Origin: Verrucomicrobiaceae bacterium
GTDB taxonomy: Bacteria > Verrucomicrobiota > Verrucomicrobiia > Verrucomicrobiales > Akkermansiaceae
Reading direction: 5' to 3'
DNA length: 64,000 nt
Assembly (NCBI GenBank): GCA_051252135.1
Contig: JBPOGH010000002.1
Location: forward strand, 1-64,000
Shown: in pieces, positions 17,900-26,770 of the stretch
How positions within the stretch are numbered: the first letter of the stretch is position 1
How the letters are laid out: every line of letters starts with the position of its first letter
Translations under genes and position numbers: made by a program
Notes under the pieces: generated by a model
What the model was told of the DNA's origin: nothing
The model's database searches: none
Seen by the model: the letters and a program-made list of their open reading frames with translations, nothing else

Positions 17900-19714
17900 C
17901 TAAGCCCGTTTCCAAAATTTCACGAGGATGACACCAAAGACGAGGGTGGCGATGGTCATGGGAAGGGCCTGGGCCGTTTGTCCGTAGAGCCAGAGGCCGG
18001 TGGAAAAGAGGGCTCCGTAAACGGTGAGGCAGCCGATGAAGGCGCAGAGGACGGCGAAGGGGACGCCCCAGGGTTCGGTGTCGGAATCGAGGCTGACGCC
18101 GTCTTCCCGGGCCATTTTTCTGATCCGTTCCCAGCCGGGGCCGCCGGGTTTCACGTGATTGTAGAATTGGTAGAGAACCTCTTTTTTGGTGGGTTTGGTG
18201 AGGTAGCAGCAGAGCACCCAGGTGAGAGTGGTGAGGGCGACGGGGAGAAGTTTTCCGGCCAGATCCCACCAGACCTTTTCTTCGGGAGAGACTGAGGCGG
18301 GGATGTGGTCGGGGTAGTGGAAGGTGAAGTAGGTGGCCAGGATGAGGGAGACGAGCATGGCGATGATTTCGGTCATGGCATTCACGCGCCACCAGAACCA
18401 GCGGAGGATGTAGATGGCTCCGGTGCCGGCACCGAGGAGGATGATGTAGTCGAAGGCCTGTCGTGCGCTGGTGAGGAAGAGAGCGGTGAGGCAACCGAGG
18501 ACGAGGGTGAGCATGCTGGCGAAGCGGCCGGCCCAGACGAGTTCTTTTTCGCTCGCTTCGGGTTTGAGGAAGCGGCGGTAGAAGTCGTTGACGAGATAGG
18601 AGGCGCCGAGATTGACCTGGGTGGACATGGTGGACATGTAGGCGGCGACGAGAGAGGCGGCGACGATGCCCATGAGGCCCGGCGGGAGGAGGGTGAGCAT
18701 CGCGGGGTAGGCGGCGTCATTTGCGATCAGGTCGGGGTCGGTATTTGGGAAGGCTTCCTTGATGGAATCGATGCTTGGGAAGACGAGGATGGAGGCGAGG
18801 GCGACGAAGATCCAAGGCCAGGGGCGGAGGGCGTAGTGGGCGATATTGAAGAGAAGGGTGGCTCCCATGGCGTGGCGTTCGTTCTTGGCGGAGAACATGC
18901 GTTGGGCGATGTAGCCGCCGCCTCCGGGCTCGGCGCCGGGGAAGTAGGAGGCCCACCATTGGACGGCGAGGGGGACGAGAAAGACGGGGAGCCAGACTGC
19001 GGGGTTATTGAAGTCCGGGAGGATGGACATTTTTGCGATGACCCGTTCATCGGAGAGGAGGGCGCCCATGCCTCCGACGCGCTCGTGGTTCACGAGGTAG
19101 ATGGCGGCCCAAATGGAGCCGCCCATGGCGAAGGCGAACTGGACGAAATCGGTGAGGATGACGCCCCGGAGTCCACCGAGGGCGGAGTAGATGAGAACGA
19201 TGAGGCAGCAGATGGTGAGCATCTGCCAGGCGGGGATTCCGAGGACGATCTGGCCGAACTTGACGGCGGCGAGACTGACCATTCCCATGATGAGGACGTT
19301 GAAGATGAGGCCGAGATAGAGGGCGCGGAATCCCCGCAGGAAGGCGGCTTCTTTTCCGCTGTAGCGGAGCTCGTAGAACTCGACATCGGTCATGACGCCG
19401 GCGCGTCGCCAGAGTTTGGAAAAGACAAAGACGGTGACCATTCCCGAGATGAGGAGGGCCCACCAGCTCCAGTTTGCGGAGACTCCTTGGTCGCGGACGA
19501 GCTCGGTGACGAAGTTTGGGGTGTCGGTGGCGAAAGTGGTGGCGACCATGGAGATGCCGAGGAGCCACCAGGGCATGCTGCGTCCGGAAAGGAAGAACTC
19601 GGAGGTGCTTTTTCCGGCCTGCCGGGAAGCGAAGATGCCGATGCCCAGAGAGACGAGGAGGAGGCCTGCGATGATGGACCAGTCGAGGGGAGTGAGGAGA
19701 GATTGAGCGAGCAA
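17900..19714 (-). CDS. Sodium:solute symporter family protein
   Basis: FFLSGRSMPWWL.G.SMVATTF, GGLRGVILTD and QRMFSAK; many TM segments. Start approximate. Confidence 0.9.
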   Translation of the reverse strand: MLAQSLLTPLDWSIIAGLLLVSLGIGIFASRQAGKSTSEFFLSGRSMPWWLLGISMVATTFATDTPNFVTELVRDQGVSANWSWWALLISGMVTVFVFSKLWRRAGVMTDVEFYELRYSGKEAAFLRGFRALYLGLIFNVLIMGMVSLAAVKFGQIVLGIPAWQMLTICCLIVLIYSALGGLRGVILTDFVQFAFAMGGSIWAAIYLVNHERVGGMGALLSDERVIAKMSILPDFNNPAVWLPVFLVPLAVQWWASYFPGAEPGGGGYIAQRMFSAKNERHAMGATLLFNIAHYALRPWPWIFVALASILVFPSIDSIKEAFPNTDPDLIANDAAYPAMLTLLPPGLMGIVAASLVAAYMSTMSTQVNLGASYLVNDFYRRFLKPEASEKELVWAGRFASMLTLVLGCLTALFLTSARQAFDYIILLGAGTGAIYILRWFWWRVNAMTEIIAMLVSLILATYFTFHYPDHIPASVSPEEKVWWDLAGKLLPVALTTLTWVLCCYLTKPTKKEVLYQFYNHVKPGGPGWERIRKMAREDGVSLDSDTEPWGVPFAVLCAFIGCLTVYGALFSTGLWLYGQTAQALPMTIATLVFGVILVKFWKRA

Positions 19715-19866
19715 AGCAGTGGGAGGATGGGGAAGTGCGGAGGAGAAGTCTAGATCGCAAGTTTTGGGATGATTTGACTTCGTCCGGGTGAGGGTGCGTT
19801 GAAAAAACGGATTCGATCTTTACCCCTGTCGAGCTTCCCCTAATCCTTTGAGGACCATTTTTCATT

Positions 19867-20409
19867 ATGAATAGTTCCGCCATCGCTGTCCTTTTGGGCC
19901 TCAACATTCTCGTGACGGGAGGGCTGGGTGCCCTTTTTATCAAGCAAACCAGTGAAGCCCAAGCGGCCGCTCCCTCACCGTCTGCGATTCAGGCGGAGAT
20001 GGCATCGATCAAGGAGCCGTTGAATCAGGTGAGCAAAGACATTGCGCGGCTGAACGAGACGGTGCAGCGGTTCAGCACGTCGTATGTGCAGTATGATTTC
20101 CTGAAGCGGGAGATGGACCGTCTTGCGGTGGTGGATCAGACGATCGGAGTGCGGGCGCAGGCGACGGCGGCGACGAAGACGGAAAAGAATGCGGAAGAGA
20201 TCGATGAGGTGATGGGCAAGCTTGGGGCACTGTCCCAGCAGGTGAAAGGGAAGCTTGAGGTTCGGCGTCAGACGATGATGAAGTTGATCAGCGGTCTTGA
20301 AAAGGAGCTGGCGGAGATATCGGCGGTTCCGGCAGCGGCACCCCAGCCTGCAGCGGCTACCGGCGAAGTGAATGGAGAAGCAAGCGGAGAGGGTTCTGCG
20401 GGCGAGTAG
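19867..20409 (+). CDS. Membrane-anchored coiled-coil hypothetical protein
   Basis: N-terminal TM helix followed by heptad-like helical sequence. Confidence 0.7.
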   Translation: MNSSAIAVLLGLNILVTGGLGALFIKQTSEAQAAAPSPSAIQAEMASIKEPLNQVSKDIARLNETVQRFSTSYVQYDFLKREMDRLAVVDQTIGVRAQATAATKTEKNAEEIDEVMGKLGALSQQVKGKLEVRRQTMMKLISGLEKELAEISAVPAAAPQPAAATGEVNGEASGEGSAGE

Positions 20410-20465
20410 TTTTGAGGGGGGAGACCAGTTTGATTTGGTCTTCGGTGTGATCGAAATTTTTGTTG

Positions 20466-20828
20466 CTAGTCGAGGGCTGGATAGACTTGCCAGGTCTGAT
20501 CCCTCAGTTGGAAGGCGCGGCCCTGGAACCGGTCAGTGGGGACGTGATTGAGGAGCCATTGGAGGCGTTCCAAGATGAGCGAGCGTGTCGGTTTCTTGAC
20601 TGCGATGACGACGATCCCGTGGTGTTCGGGGAATTGTCGACCGAGGGTGTGGAAGAAATCACGGTCGGTGGAGAGGATCACGGCGGACCTTGCAATGGCG
20701 AGATTGATCACTGCGGAATCGTCTGCTCCGACCGTGCCTTCAATTCTGAAATCGATGACCTCGTGAGATTGAGCCTCGAGAAGTGACCGCGAAGACTTGG
20801 GGAAATTCTCGTCGAGAAGGAATCTCAT
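20466..20828 (-). CDS. DUF5615 PIN-like toxin (VapC45-like)
   Basis: MRFLLDENFP, DD..V and ILSTDRDF; ATGA overlap with the DUF433 gene. Confidence 0.85.
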   Translation of the reverse strand: MRFLLDENFPKSSRSLLEAQSHEVIDFRIEGTVGADDSAVINLAIARSAVILSTDRDFFHTLGRQFPEHHGIVVIAVKKPTRSLILERLQWLLNHVPTDRFQGRAFQLRDQTWQVYPALD

Positions 20829-21049
20829 GCCACTCCTTCGTAGGAAGCGCTTTGGAAGGAGGAGAGGTCAGCCGCGAACTCGAGAGCGGCTGAAATTTGT
20901 GCGATGGTGATGCCATAGTCTTCGCAGACCGTTTCGCGTGAATCACCTCCTGCGAGAGCACCGAGGATGGTGGAGACAAGAACCCGCGTGCCCTCGATCA
21001 CGGGTTTGCCGTGACAGACTGCTGGGTCGATGGAAATTCCTGCCGTCAT
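20825..21049 (-). CDS. DUF433 antitoxin (VapB45-like)
   Basis: ISIDPAVCHGKPVIEGTRV.V..IL..LA.G...I.AALEFA. Confidence 0.88.
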   Translation of the reverse strand: MTAGISIDPAVCHGKPVIEGTRVLVSTILGALAGGDSRETVCEDYGITIAQISAALEFAADLSSFQSASYEGVA

Positions 21050-21056
21050 GTCCTTA

Positions 21057-21084
21057 AGAGTAGGATAATACGGCGGAGAGGCAA
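21057..21084 (-). promoter_or_regulatory. Putative sigma70 promoter of the TA operon (near-leaderless)
   Basis: Minus strand TTGCCT-N16-TACTCT, followed 7 nt later by the ATG. Confidence 0.4.
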
Positions 21085-21197
21085 ATTTTTTCGGGAGGAG
21101 AGAGTTGTTGAGGGCGGAACTTTTTCGGCGGCCTGCGGGTGGTTGGTTTGGTGCTTCGGGGTGCCGGGCTTGGCCGTTTTTTTTGCGGGGGAGGAGT

Positions 21198-21293
21198 CCA
21201 TGGGTTGAAACCCATGGCTTTGAACTGATGTCCTTTCAGGACGGGGAGAGGGGAAGTTCGGAGCGCTGTCACCCGGCCCTGAAGGGCCGGGCT
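21198..21293. repeat. REP-like palindromes
   Basis: CCATGGGTT-ga-AACCCATGG (21198-21217), GTCCT-ttc-AGGAC and CCCGGCCCT-ga-AGGGCCGGG (21272-21291). Confidence 0.7.
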
Positions 21294-21324
21294 ATGGTCT
21301 CCAGGGTTTTCAGTTCCTTTTGTT

Positions 21325-21423
21325 TGCCGAGGCGTAGGCGTCTTCGAGGAGTTTGACGGACTTGAGTTAGTCGGTGACGTTGCTTTCTAATTCGCTGCCG
21401 GAGAGGAGGGTGTCGATGAAGTG
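21325..21423 (-). pseudogene. Degenerate duplicate of the 3' end of the Gfo/Idh/MocA gene
   Basis: 99-bp direct repeat of 21932-22030 with 9 mismatches by hand count, including TAC->TAA. Confidence 0.88.
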
Positions 21424-21453
21424 ATGGGCAAGTCCGGAGCGTGGACTTGGGGT

Positions 21454-21897
21454 TTATGGATTCCTGGTTATCAGTTTTTTGACTTCGACGACATGGGGGG
21501 AGCCTTTTGTGACGTCGGTTAAGGTCATGTTTTGAGCGTCAGAGGAGAATTTGTAGCTTCTTCCGGATTTCGCGTTGAAGTTGAAAGTGGCCGATCTTCC
21601 AGTGACATGCATGACCAGATGTTGGGGATTGACGGGGCCTTTTTCCAAGGAAATTACTTCCACGGTTTTCATGCCCGGATCAACGAGGATGGCCCTGAAA
21701 GTGGAAACGCTAACACGCTTTCCGTTGATGGATTCAATGGCGACATTGCCACCTTTTCCGGTAGCGAAGGCATAGAGGGATGCGGTCGATCCCGAAATGC
21801 TGGAGGTGTCCGAGGTGCTTGCCAAATTCAAGGGCATGACCGTGTGGCATGAGGCCAGGAAGGCCAATGACAGCACGGATAAGATGGCGGATTTCAT
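21454..21897 (-). CDS. Putative lipoprotein
   Basis: MKSAILSVLSLAFLASC lipobox; lower GC and weaker skew than neighbours. Confidence 0.75.
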   Translation of the reverse strand: MKSAILSVLSLAFLASCHTVMPLNLASTSDTSSISGSTASLYAFATGKGGNVAIESINGKRVSVSTFRAILVDPGMKTVEVISLEKGPVNPQHLVMHVTGRSATFNFNAKSGRSYKFSSDAQNMTLTDVTKGSPHVVEVKKLITRNP

Positions 21898-21907
21898 GTT
21901 GGTGAAA

Positions 21908-22933
21908 TTAAGGAGCCGTTGGGCTGCCAACTGCCGAGGCGTAGGCGTCTTCGACGAGTTTGACGGACTTGAGGTAGTCGGTGACGGTGCTTTCGAATTC
22001 GCCGTTGGTGAGGAGGGTATCGATGAAGTGGCGTTGGGTGTTGAAGACGCAGTCGCCGGCGAAGTTTTCTTTGCTGGGGGAGTAGTCGTGTAAGTACGAC
22101 TTTTCTCCGAGGATTTTGATGCGGATGGAGCCGTCGAGGGAGAGTTCGAGGTGGCCTTTGGATCCTTCGATGCGGACGGTGCCGAAGGTGTAGCGGGGGT
22201 TGTCGGCTTCGGACTCGTTGTAGCGGTTGGCGTCGAGGAGGGAGGTGACGCCGTTTTGGTGGGTGCAGAGGAGGAGGGCGGAGTCCTCGCCTTTGATCAC
22301 GGGGTTGCGTCGGGCGATGTGGGCGTGGATGTGATCGACCTCGCCGAAGAGGAAGCGGAAGGTGTCGAGGAAGTGGACGCCGGTCTCGAAGATGAAGAGG
22401 CGTTTGTAGTCGCGGAAGAAGGGCTGGCGGGCGAGGTAGGCGTCGTCGCCCCAGCCATCGCCGAGGCGGGTGTGGACGTTGCAGTGGAAGAGGTCGCCGA
22501 TGGTGTCGGCTTCGAGGAGTTTCTTGATTTCGCGATACCAGGGTTGCCAGCGCCAGTTCTCGTGGACCATGCAGCGGACGCCGGATTTTGTGATGAGGTC
22601 GGCGAGTTTGAGGGTTTCGTCCCAGGTGGGGGCGAGGGGTTTTTGGCAGATGATGGTGACGCCGAGTTCGGCGGCGATTTGGCAGAGCTCGAGGTGGGTT
22701 TCGGGCGGGGTGATGATGTCGACGAAGTCGGGCTTTTCGGTTTCGAGCATCTCGCGAAATTGATCGGCGGGGTAGGATTTGGGGATGTTGAATTCGGAGG
22801 CGAAGGCTTCGGCTTTTTCGACGGAGCGGTTGCAGTTGGCGACGATTTGGACTTCGGGGATGCGGGTCCAGGCTTGGTATTGGAAGCGAGAGAAATATCC
22901 TGCTCCGATGATGACTCCGCGGAATTGTTTCAT
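21908..22933 (-). CDS. Gfo/Idh/MocA oxidoreductase (D-apiose dehydrogenase-like)
   Basis: GAGYFS Rossmann motif, ICQKPLA, VHENWRWQPWYR and ETGVHFLD. Confidence 0.88.
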   Translation of the reverse strand: MKQFRGVIIGAGYFSRFQYQAWTRIPEVQIVANCNRSVEKAEAFASEFNIPKSYPADQFREMLETEKPDFVDIITPPETHLELCQIAAELGVTIICQKPLAPTWDETLKLADLITKSGVRCMVHENWRWQPWYREIKKLLEADTIGDLFHCNVHTRLGDGWGDDAYLARQPFFRDYKRLFIFETGVHFLDTFRFLFGEVDHIHAHIARRNPVIKGEDSALLLCTHQNGVTSLLDANRYNESEADNPRYTFGTVRIEGSKGHLELSLDGSIRIKILGEKSYLHDYSPSKENFAGDCVFNTQRHFIDTLLTNGEFESTVTDYLKSVKLVEDAYASAVGSPTAP

Positions 22934-23314
22934 GATGGGAGTTTATCTGTAGATTGCGGAGATGGGCACGGATTTTTTCCGAGGTTGGTCGAGGAGATTT
23001 TTAAACCACGAATCTCACGAATTGACACGAATCTTGGTTGAGGGGCTTGGGTTATGGATGTCTCACGCAGAGCAGCGGAGTAACAGAGGATGTTGAGGGG
23101 GCTTGGTTGAGGGGGATCGAAATTTGAGATTTGAACACGAAGGATGAGATTTGAAGGGCTCGGGTTTTGGGGCTTGGTTGAGGGGATGAAATTTGAACGG
23201 CTTGGGTTGTGGAGTTGTTGAACCAGGAATCGAAACGAAGTGGAGATAGCCTTTAGGCAGAGACACGCGACTTGGTTGAGGGGAAGCGGGCGGGACGCCC
23301 GCTCTCCATATTGG
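22934..23314. repeat. 381-bp composite repeat-rich spacer
   Basis: Four copies of CTTGGTTGAGGGG (23033, 23102, 23173, 23271), 9-10-nt periodic triplets and a REP-like GCGGGCG-gga-CGCCCGC. Its ends match 25309-25689. Confidence 0.8.
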
Positions 23315-24685
23315 TTAGGAGGTGAGTTTTTGGTAGGCTTGGGTGAGGGCGTCGTCTCCGCCGACGTTTCCGGGGAAGATGATGTAGGCGAGGCCGGGGT
23401 GGCGGGTTTCGTTTCCGATGGTCCAGACGGGGACGCCGGGGAGGATTTGGCCGAGGACGTGGGCGGTTTTGACGCCGAGGGCGTCGGTGGCGATGTCGGA
23501 GGAAGTGATGCCGCCTTTTGCGATGAGAAAGGAGGGGCGGGCGACGACGGATTGGACGAGGGAGACGAGGGCGCGGGAGATGGTTTGGGAGATGGCGAGG
23601 TTTGCTTCCTCATTGGGGGCGTCGATGCGGTCGCGGGAGGTGAAGAGGATGGCGGTTTTTCCGGACTCGATGGTTTGGTTGAGTTGGGCGGAGAGGGGGA
23701 AGAGGGTGTCGTCGGGGTTTTCCAACAAGGAGGGAACGTGGAGCTCGAGTGGGACGGTGTTGGGGGCGTTTGCGAGGAGGTGGTTGAGTTGGGCGGTGGT
23801 TTTGGGGACGTGGGATCCGACGATGATGAGGCCTCCGTTGGGGTTGGGGTCGAGGTCCTGCATTTGCCAGGGTTCGAGGGGCGGGCGGGAGACGATGCCG
23901 GCGAGGGATTGGACGAAGGAGGCGGCGGAGCGGATGATGAAGCGGCGTTCGCTTTTGAGGAGGGCGAGGGAGAGGACGTTGAGGTCGGTGAGGGAGGTGG
24001 CGTTGACGGCGCAGGTGCAGCCATCGGGGAGGGCGTCGAGTTTTTCGGTGATGTCTCCGGAGCGGAGGTCTTCGAGGGAGAGAGATTGGGCGTCTTCCTT
24101 TTTGAAAAGGCCTCCGGATTTTTCGGCGAAGTAGTCGGGGAGGTAGGAGTGGGTGAAGGGGAAGGCGTTGTCGTTTGCGAAGGGGGTGAGGTGGGCTGGG
24201 GTGGCGGTGTCGCCCTCGACGACGTAGTGGGTGTCGTTGACGGTGAGGCGTCCGCCGGCTTCGAAGAAGGGGATGAAGAGGGTGGGGGCGTCGGGGATGC
24301 CGAGGGCTTCCTTGAGGATGTTGGTTTCGAGGGGGAAGTGTCCGCGGAGGGTGGAGTCGGAGCGGGAGATGACGATGATGTCGTCTTCGAACTCTTTGAG
24401 GATGGTGCCGAGATTTTGGTGGAGGTCGGTGGTTTGGGCGACGGTGAGGGCGCGGGAGTTGGTGAGGAGGAAGAGGACGGGCGGGGCTTCGTCGATGGCG
24501 TCGCGGACGGCGTTGGGGGAGAGGTCGGTGAGGACGGGGACGTCGAAGACGGTTTGGGTGCCGGTGGGGTCGTCATCGAGGATGACGAGGGTCTTTTTGA
24601 TCTCGCGGAGGAGGTCGTGGATTTCGCCGACGAGGTCTTTGGAGAACTCGGGAGGGAGGTTGGCGAGGAGTTCGGATTTGGTCAT
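23315..24685 (-). CDS. Four-carbon acid-sugar kinase family protein (DUF1537)
   Basis: VILDDDPTGTQT, SRSDSTLRGH, AKGGITSSD and IFPGNVG. ATG 24685 overlaps the cyclase stop (ATGA). Confidence 0.9.
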   Translation of the reverse strand: MTKSELLANLPPEFSKDLVGEIHDLLREIKKTLVILDDDPTGTQTVFDVPVLTDLSPNAVRDAIDEAPPVLFLLTNSRALTVAQTTDLHQNLGTILKEFEDDIIVISRSDSTLRGHFPLETNILKEALGIPDAPTLFIPFFEAGGRLTVNDTHYVVEGDTATPAHLTPFANDNAFPFTHSYLPDYFAEKSGGLFKKEDAQSLSLEDLRSGDITEKLDALPDGCTCAVNATSLTDLNVLSLALLKSERRFIIRSAASFVQSLAGIVSRPPLEPWQMQDLDPNPNGGLIIVGSHVPKTTAQLNHLLANAPNTVPLELHVPSLLENPDDTLFPLSAQLNQTIESGKTAILFTSRDRIDAPNEEANLAISQTISRALVSLVQSVVARPSFLIAKGGITSSDIATDALGVKTAHVLGQILPGVPVWTIGNETRHPGLAYIIFPGNVGGDDALTQAYQKLTS

Positions 24686-25308
24686 AGCTGAATGGTTTCG
24701 GTGGAGGCCCAGGCGCGGCAGGGGGAGCCATCGCCGCGGTGGAGTTTGAGGGGCATGGCCCCGAAGAGGACGGGGTGGTCGGGGAGTTGGTCGAGGTTGG
24801 TGAGTCCTTCGACGATGGTGACGCCGCCGGAGAGGAGGATTTCGTGGATGCGGGTGACCTCGGGGAGGTTGGTGACGTCGGCAACCGAGGGTGGTTCGAC
24901 GCCGAGGACGGCGACTTTTTTGGCGACGCACCAGTGGGCGAAGTTTTCCGAGATGCGCGGGAGTTGGAGGCGGTAGAGGTCGTCGTTTTCGAGATGGGCG
25001 GACCAGCCGGTGTGGAGGAGGAGGGATTCGCCGGGTTGGATGTCGAGGTCGGGGGCTTCGAGGATTTGTTTCGGTTGGGTGTCGGGGAGTCGGATGATGT
25101 GGGCGCGGGTGAGGCAGGTGGTGAGGGGGATTTGATCGATGAATTTTTCACCGCAGCCGAAGTGGTGGGGGGCATCCATGTGGGTGCCGGAATGGGAGTA
25201 GAGGTGGAGGGTGCGGGCGTTCCAGCCGTCGGCTTCGAGGGTTTTGGCGGGTTCCCAATCGACGCCACGCATGCCGGGTTTGTAGGTGAGGGTGAGGTCG
25301 ATGAGCAT
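24682..25308 (-). CDS. Cyclase family metal-dependent hydrolase
   Basis: HSGTHMDAPHHF (HxGTHxDxPxH), H..LL...IVEGL.NL and GDGSPCRA. Confidence 0.9.
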   Translation of the reverse strand: MLIDLTLTYKPGMRGVDWEPAKTLEADGWNARTLHLYSHSGTHMDAPHHFGCGEKFIDQIPLTTCLTRAHIIRLPDTQPKQILEAPDLDIQPGESLLLHTGWSAHLENDDLYRLQLPRISENFAHWCVAKKVAVLGVEPPSVADVTNLPEVTRIHEILLSGGVTIVEGLTNLDQLPDHPVLFGAMPLKLHRGDGSPCRAWASTETIQL

Positions 25309-25689
25309 TTTGGAGAGAGGTTTATCCGCAGATTACGCAGATGGGCACAGATTTTTTCTTGGGTTGTGGGGGATTGATTTTGGTTTTGATTTCTTAGGAC
25401 TTGGGGGGTTATCCGCAGATTACGCAGATGGGCGCAGATTTTTTCTTGGGTTGTGGGGGATTGGTTTTGGTTTTGATTTTTTGGGACTTGGGACTTGGGA
25501 CTTGGGACTTGGGACTTGGGACTTGGGACTGGGGACTGGGGACTGGGGACTGGGGACTGGGGACTGGGGACTGGGGACTGGGGACTTGGGACTTGGGACT
25601 TGGGACTTGGGTTCTGGATGTTCGCCTAAAGGCTACACTACAAACTGGGGCTTGGTTGAGGGGAGCGGGCGAGACGCCCACTCTCCTTA
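25309..25689. repeat. 381-bp composite spacer with an 87-bp tandem duplication, heptamer tract and REP-like ends
   Basis: TTATCCGCAGATTACGCAGATGGGC at 25322 and 25409; CTTGGTTGAGGGG at 25651; GCCTAAAGGCTA at 25624; GAGCGGGCGAGACGCCCACTC. Confidence 0.85.
25483..25611. repeat. Heptamer tandem repeat (GGGACTK)x18
   Basis: 6x GGGACTT, 8x GGGACTG, 4x GGGACTT, counted directly. Confidence 0.97.
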
Positions 25690-26730
25690 TTAAAGGTGGG
25701 AGATGATGGTTTGGGTGAGTTCGGTGGTGGATTTGGTGCCGCGGAGGTCGGCGGCGCGGTTGGCGGGGTCGGCGAGGGTTTGGCGGACGGCGTTTTCGAT
25801 GCGGTCTGCGGTTTCTTTTTCGCCGAGCCACTCGAGCATGAGGGCGGCGGAGAGGATGGTGCCGATGGGGTTGGCTTTGCCTTGGCCGGCGATGTCGGGG
25901 GCGGTGCCGTGACTGGGCTGGAAGACGGCGCAGTTTTCGCCGATATCACCGGAGGGGGCCATGCCCATGCCGCCGACGATGCCGGCGGCGAGGTCGGAGA
26001 GGATGTCGCCGAACATGTTTTCGGTGACGATGACGTCGAATGACTCGGGGCGTTGGACGAGGAAGAGGGCGGCGGCGTCGACGTAGATGTGCTCGGTGGG
26101 GATGTCGGGGAAGTCTTGGGCGACGGCGTCGAAGATTTCGCGGAAGAAGACCATGGAGGGGAGGACGTTGGCTTTGTCGACGAGGGTGACTTTTTTGTTG
26201 GGGCGGTTGCGGCGGACGGCGTCCTCGAAGGCGTAGCGGCAGATGCGCTCGCAGCCCTTGCGGGTGAGGTGGAGGGTGTCGGTGGCGGAGGAGCGGTCGT
26301 CGGGCTGGACGGATCCTCGGGCGGAGAAGAGGCCTTCGGTGTTTTCGCGGATGATGGTGAAGTCGATATCACCGGGGCCGTATCCTTTGAGGGGGGAGTC
26401 GTGCTCCGAGTAGAGTTTGATGGGGCGTGGGCCGGCGTAGAGGTCGAGGCGTTCGCGGATGTCGATCTGGGGGGTCATTTCGCGGCCATCGGGCCAGCGG
26501 ACGGAGGGGAGGCCCATGGCACCGAGGAGGACGGCGTCGGCTTTTTCGCAGGCCTCGAAGGCGGCTTCGGGGAGTGGGGTGCCGGAGCGGAGGAATTCGC
26601 CGGCGCCGACGGCTTGTTCGGTGAAGGTGAGTTGGCCGGGGCAGGCGGCCTGGAGGACGGCGACGGCGGCGGCGGTGACTTCTGGTCCGATGCCGTCTCC
26701 GGGGAGGACGGCGATGTGATAGTTTTTCAT
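25690..26730 (-). CDS. Isocitrate/isopropylmalate/tartrate dehydrogenase family protein
   Basis: IAVLPGDGIGPEV, IIRENTEGLF, VDKANV, ENMFGDILSD, HGTAPDIAG and ANP. Lacks the LeuB-typical RPExGLLxLR segment. Confidence 0.9.
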   Translation of the reverse strand: MKNYHIAVLPGDGIGPEVTAAAVAVLQAACPGQLTFTEQAVGAGEFLRSGTPLPEAAFEACEKADAVLLGAMGLPSVRWPDGREMTPQIDIRERLDLYAGPRPIKLYSEHDSPLKGYGPGDIDFTIIRENTEGLFSARGSVQPDDRSSATDTLHLTRKGCERICRYAFEDAVRRNRPNKKVTLVDKANVLPSMVFFREIFDAVAQDFPDIPTEHIYVDAAALFLVQRPESFDVIVTENMFGDILSDLAAGIVGGMGMAPSGDIGENCAVFQPSHGTAPDIAGQGKANPIGTILSAALMLEWLGEKETADRIENAVRQTLADPANRAADLRGTKSTTELTQTIISHL

Positions 26731-26770
26731 GTTGGCTTGCGAGGTGTGTGGGAGGAGATCATTCTCAGGA

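Noticed and set aside
25286..25831. ORFs with LGTWD/PSPQS repeats
   Set aside because: Translations of the non-coding heptamer tract.
25690..26730. leuB
   Set aside because: The substrate loop is unlike canonical LeuB and the context is catabolic, so the symbol is withheld.
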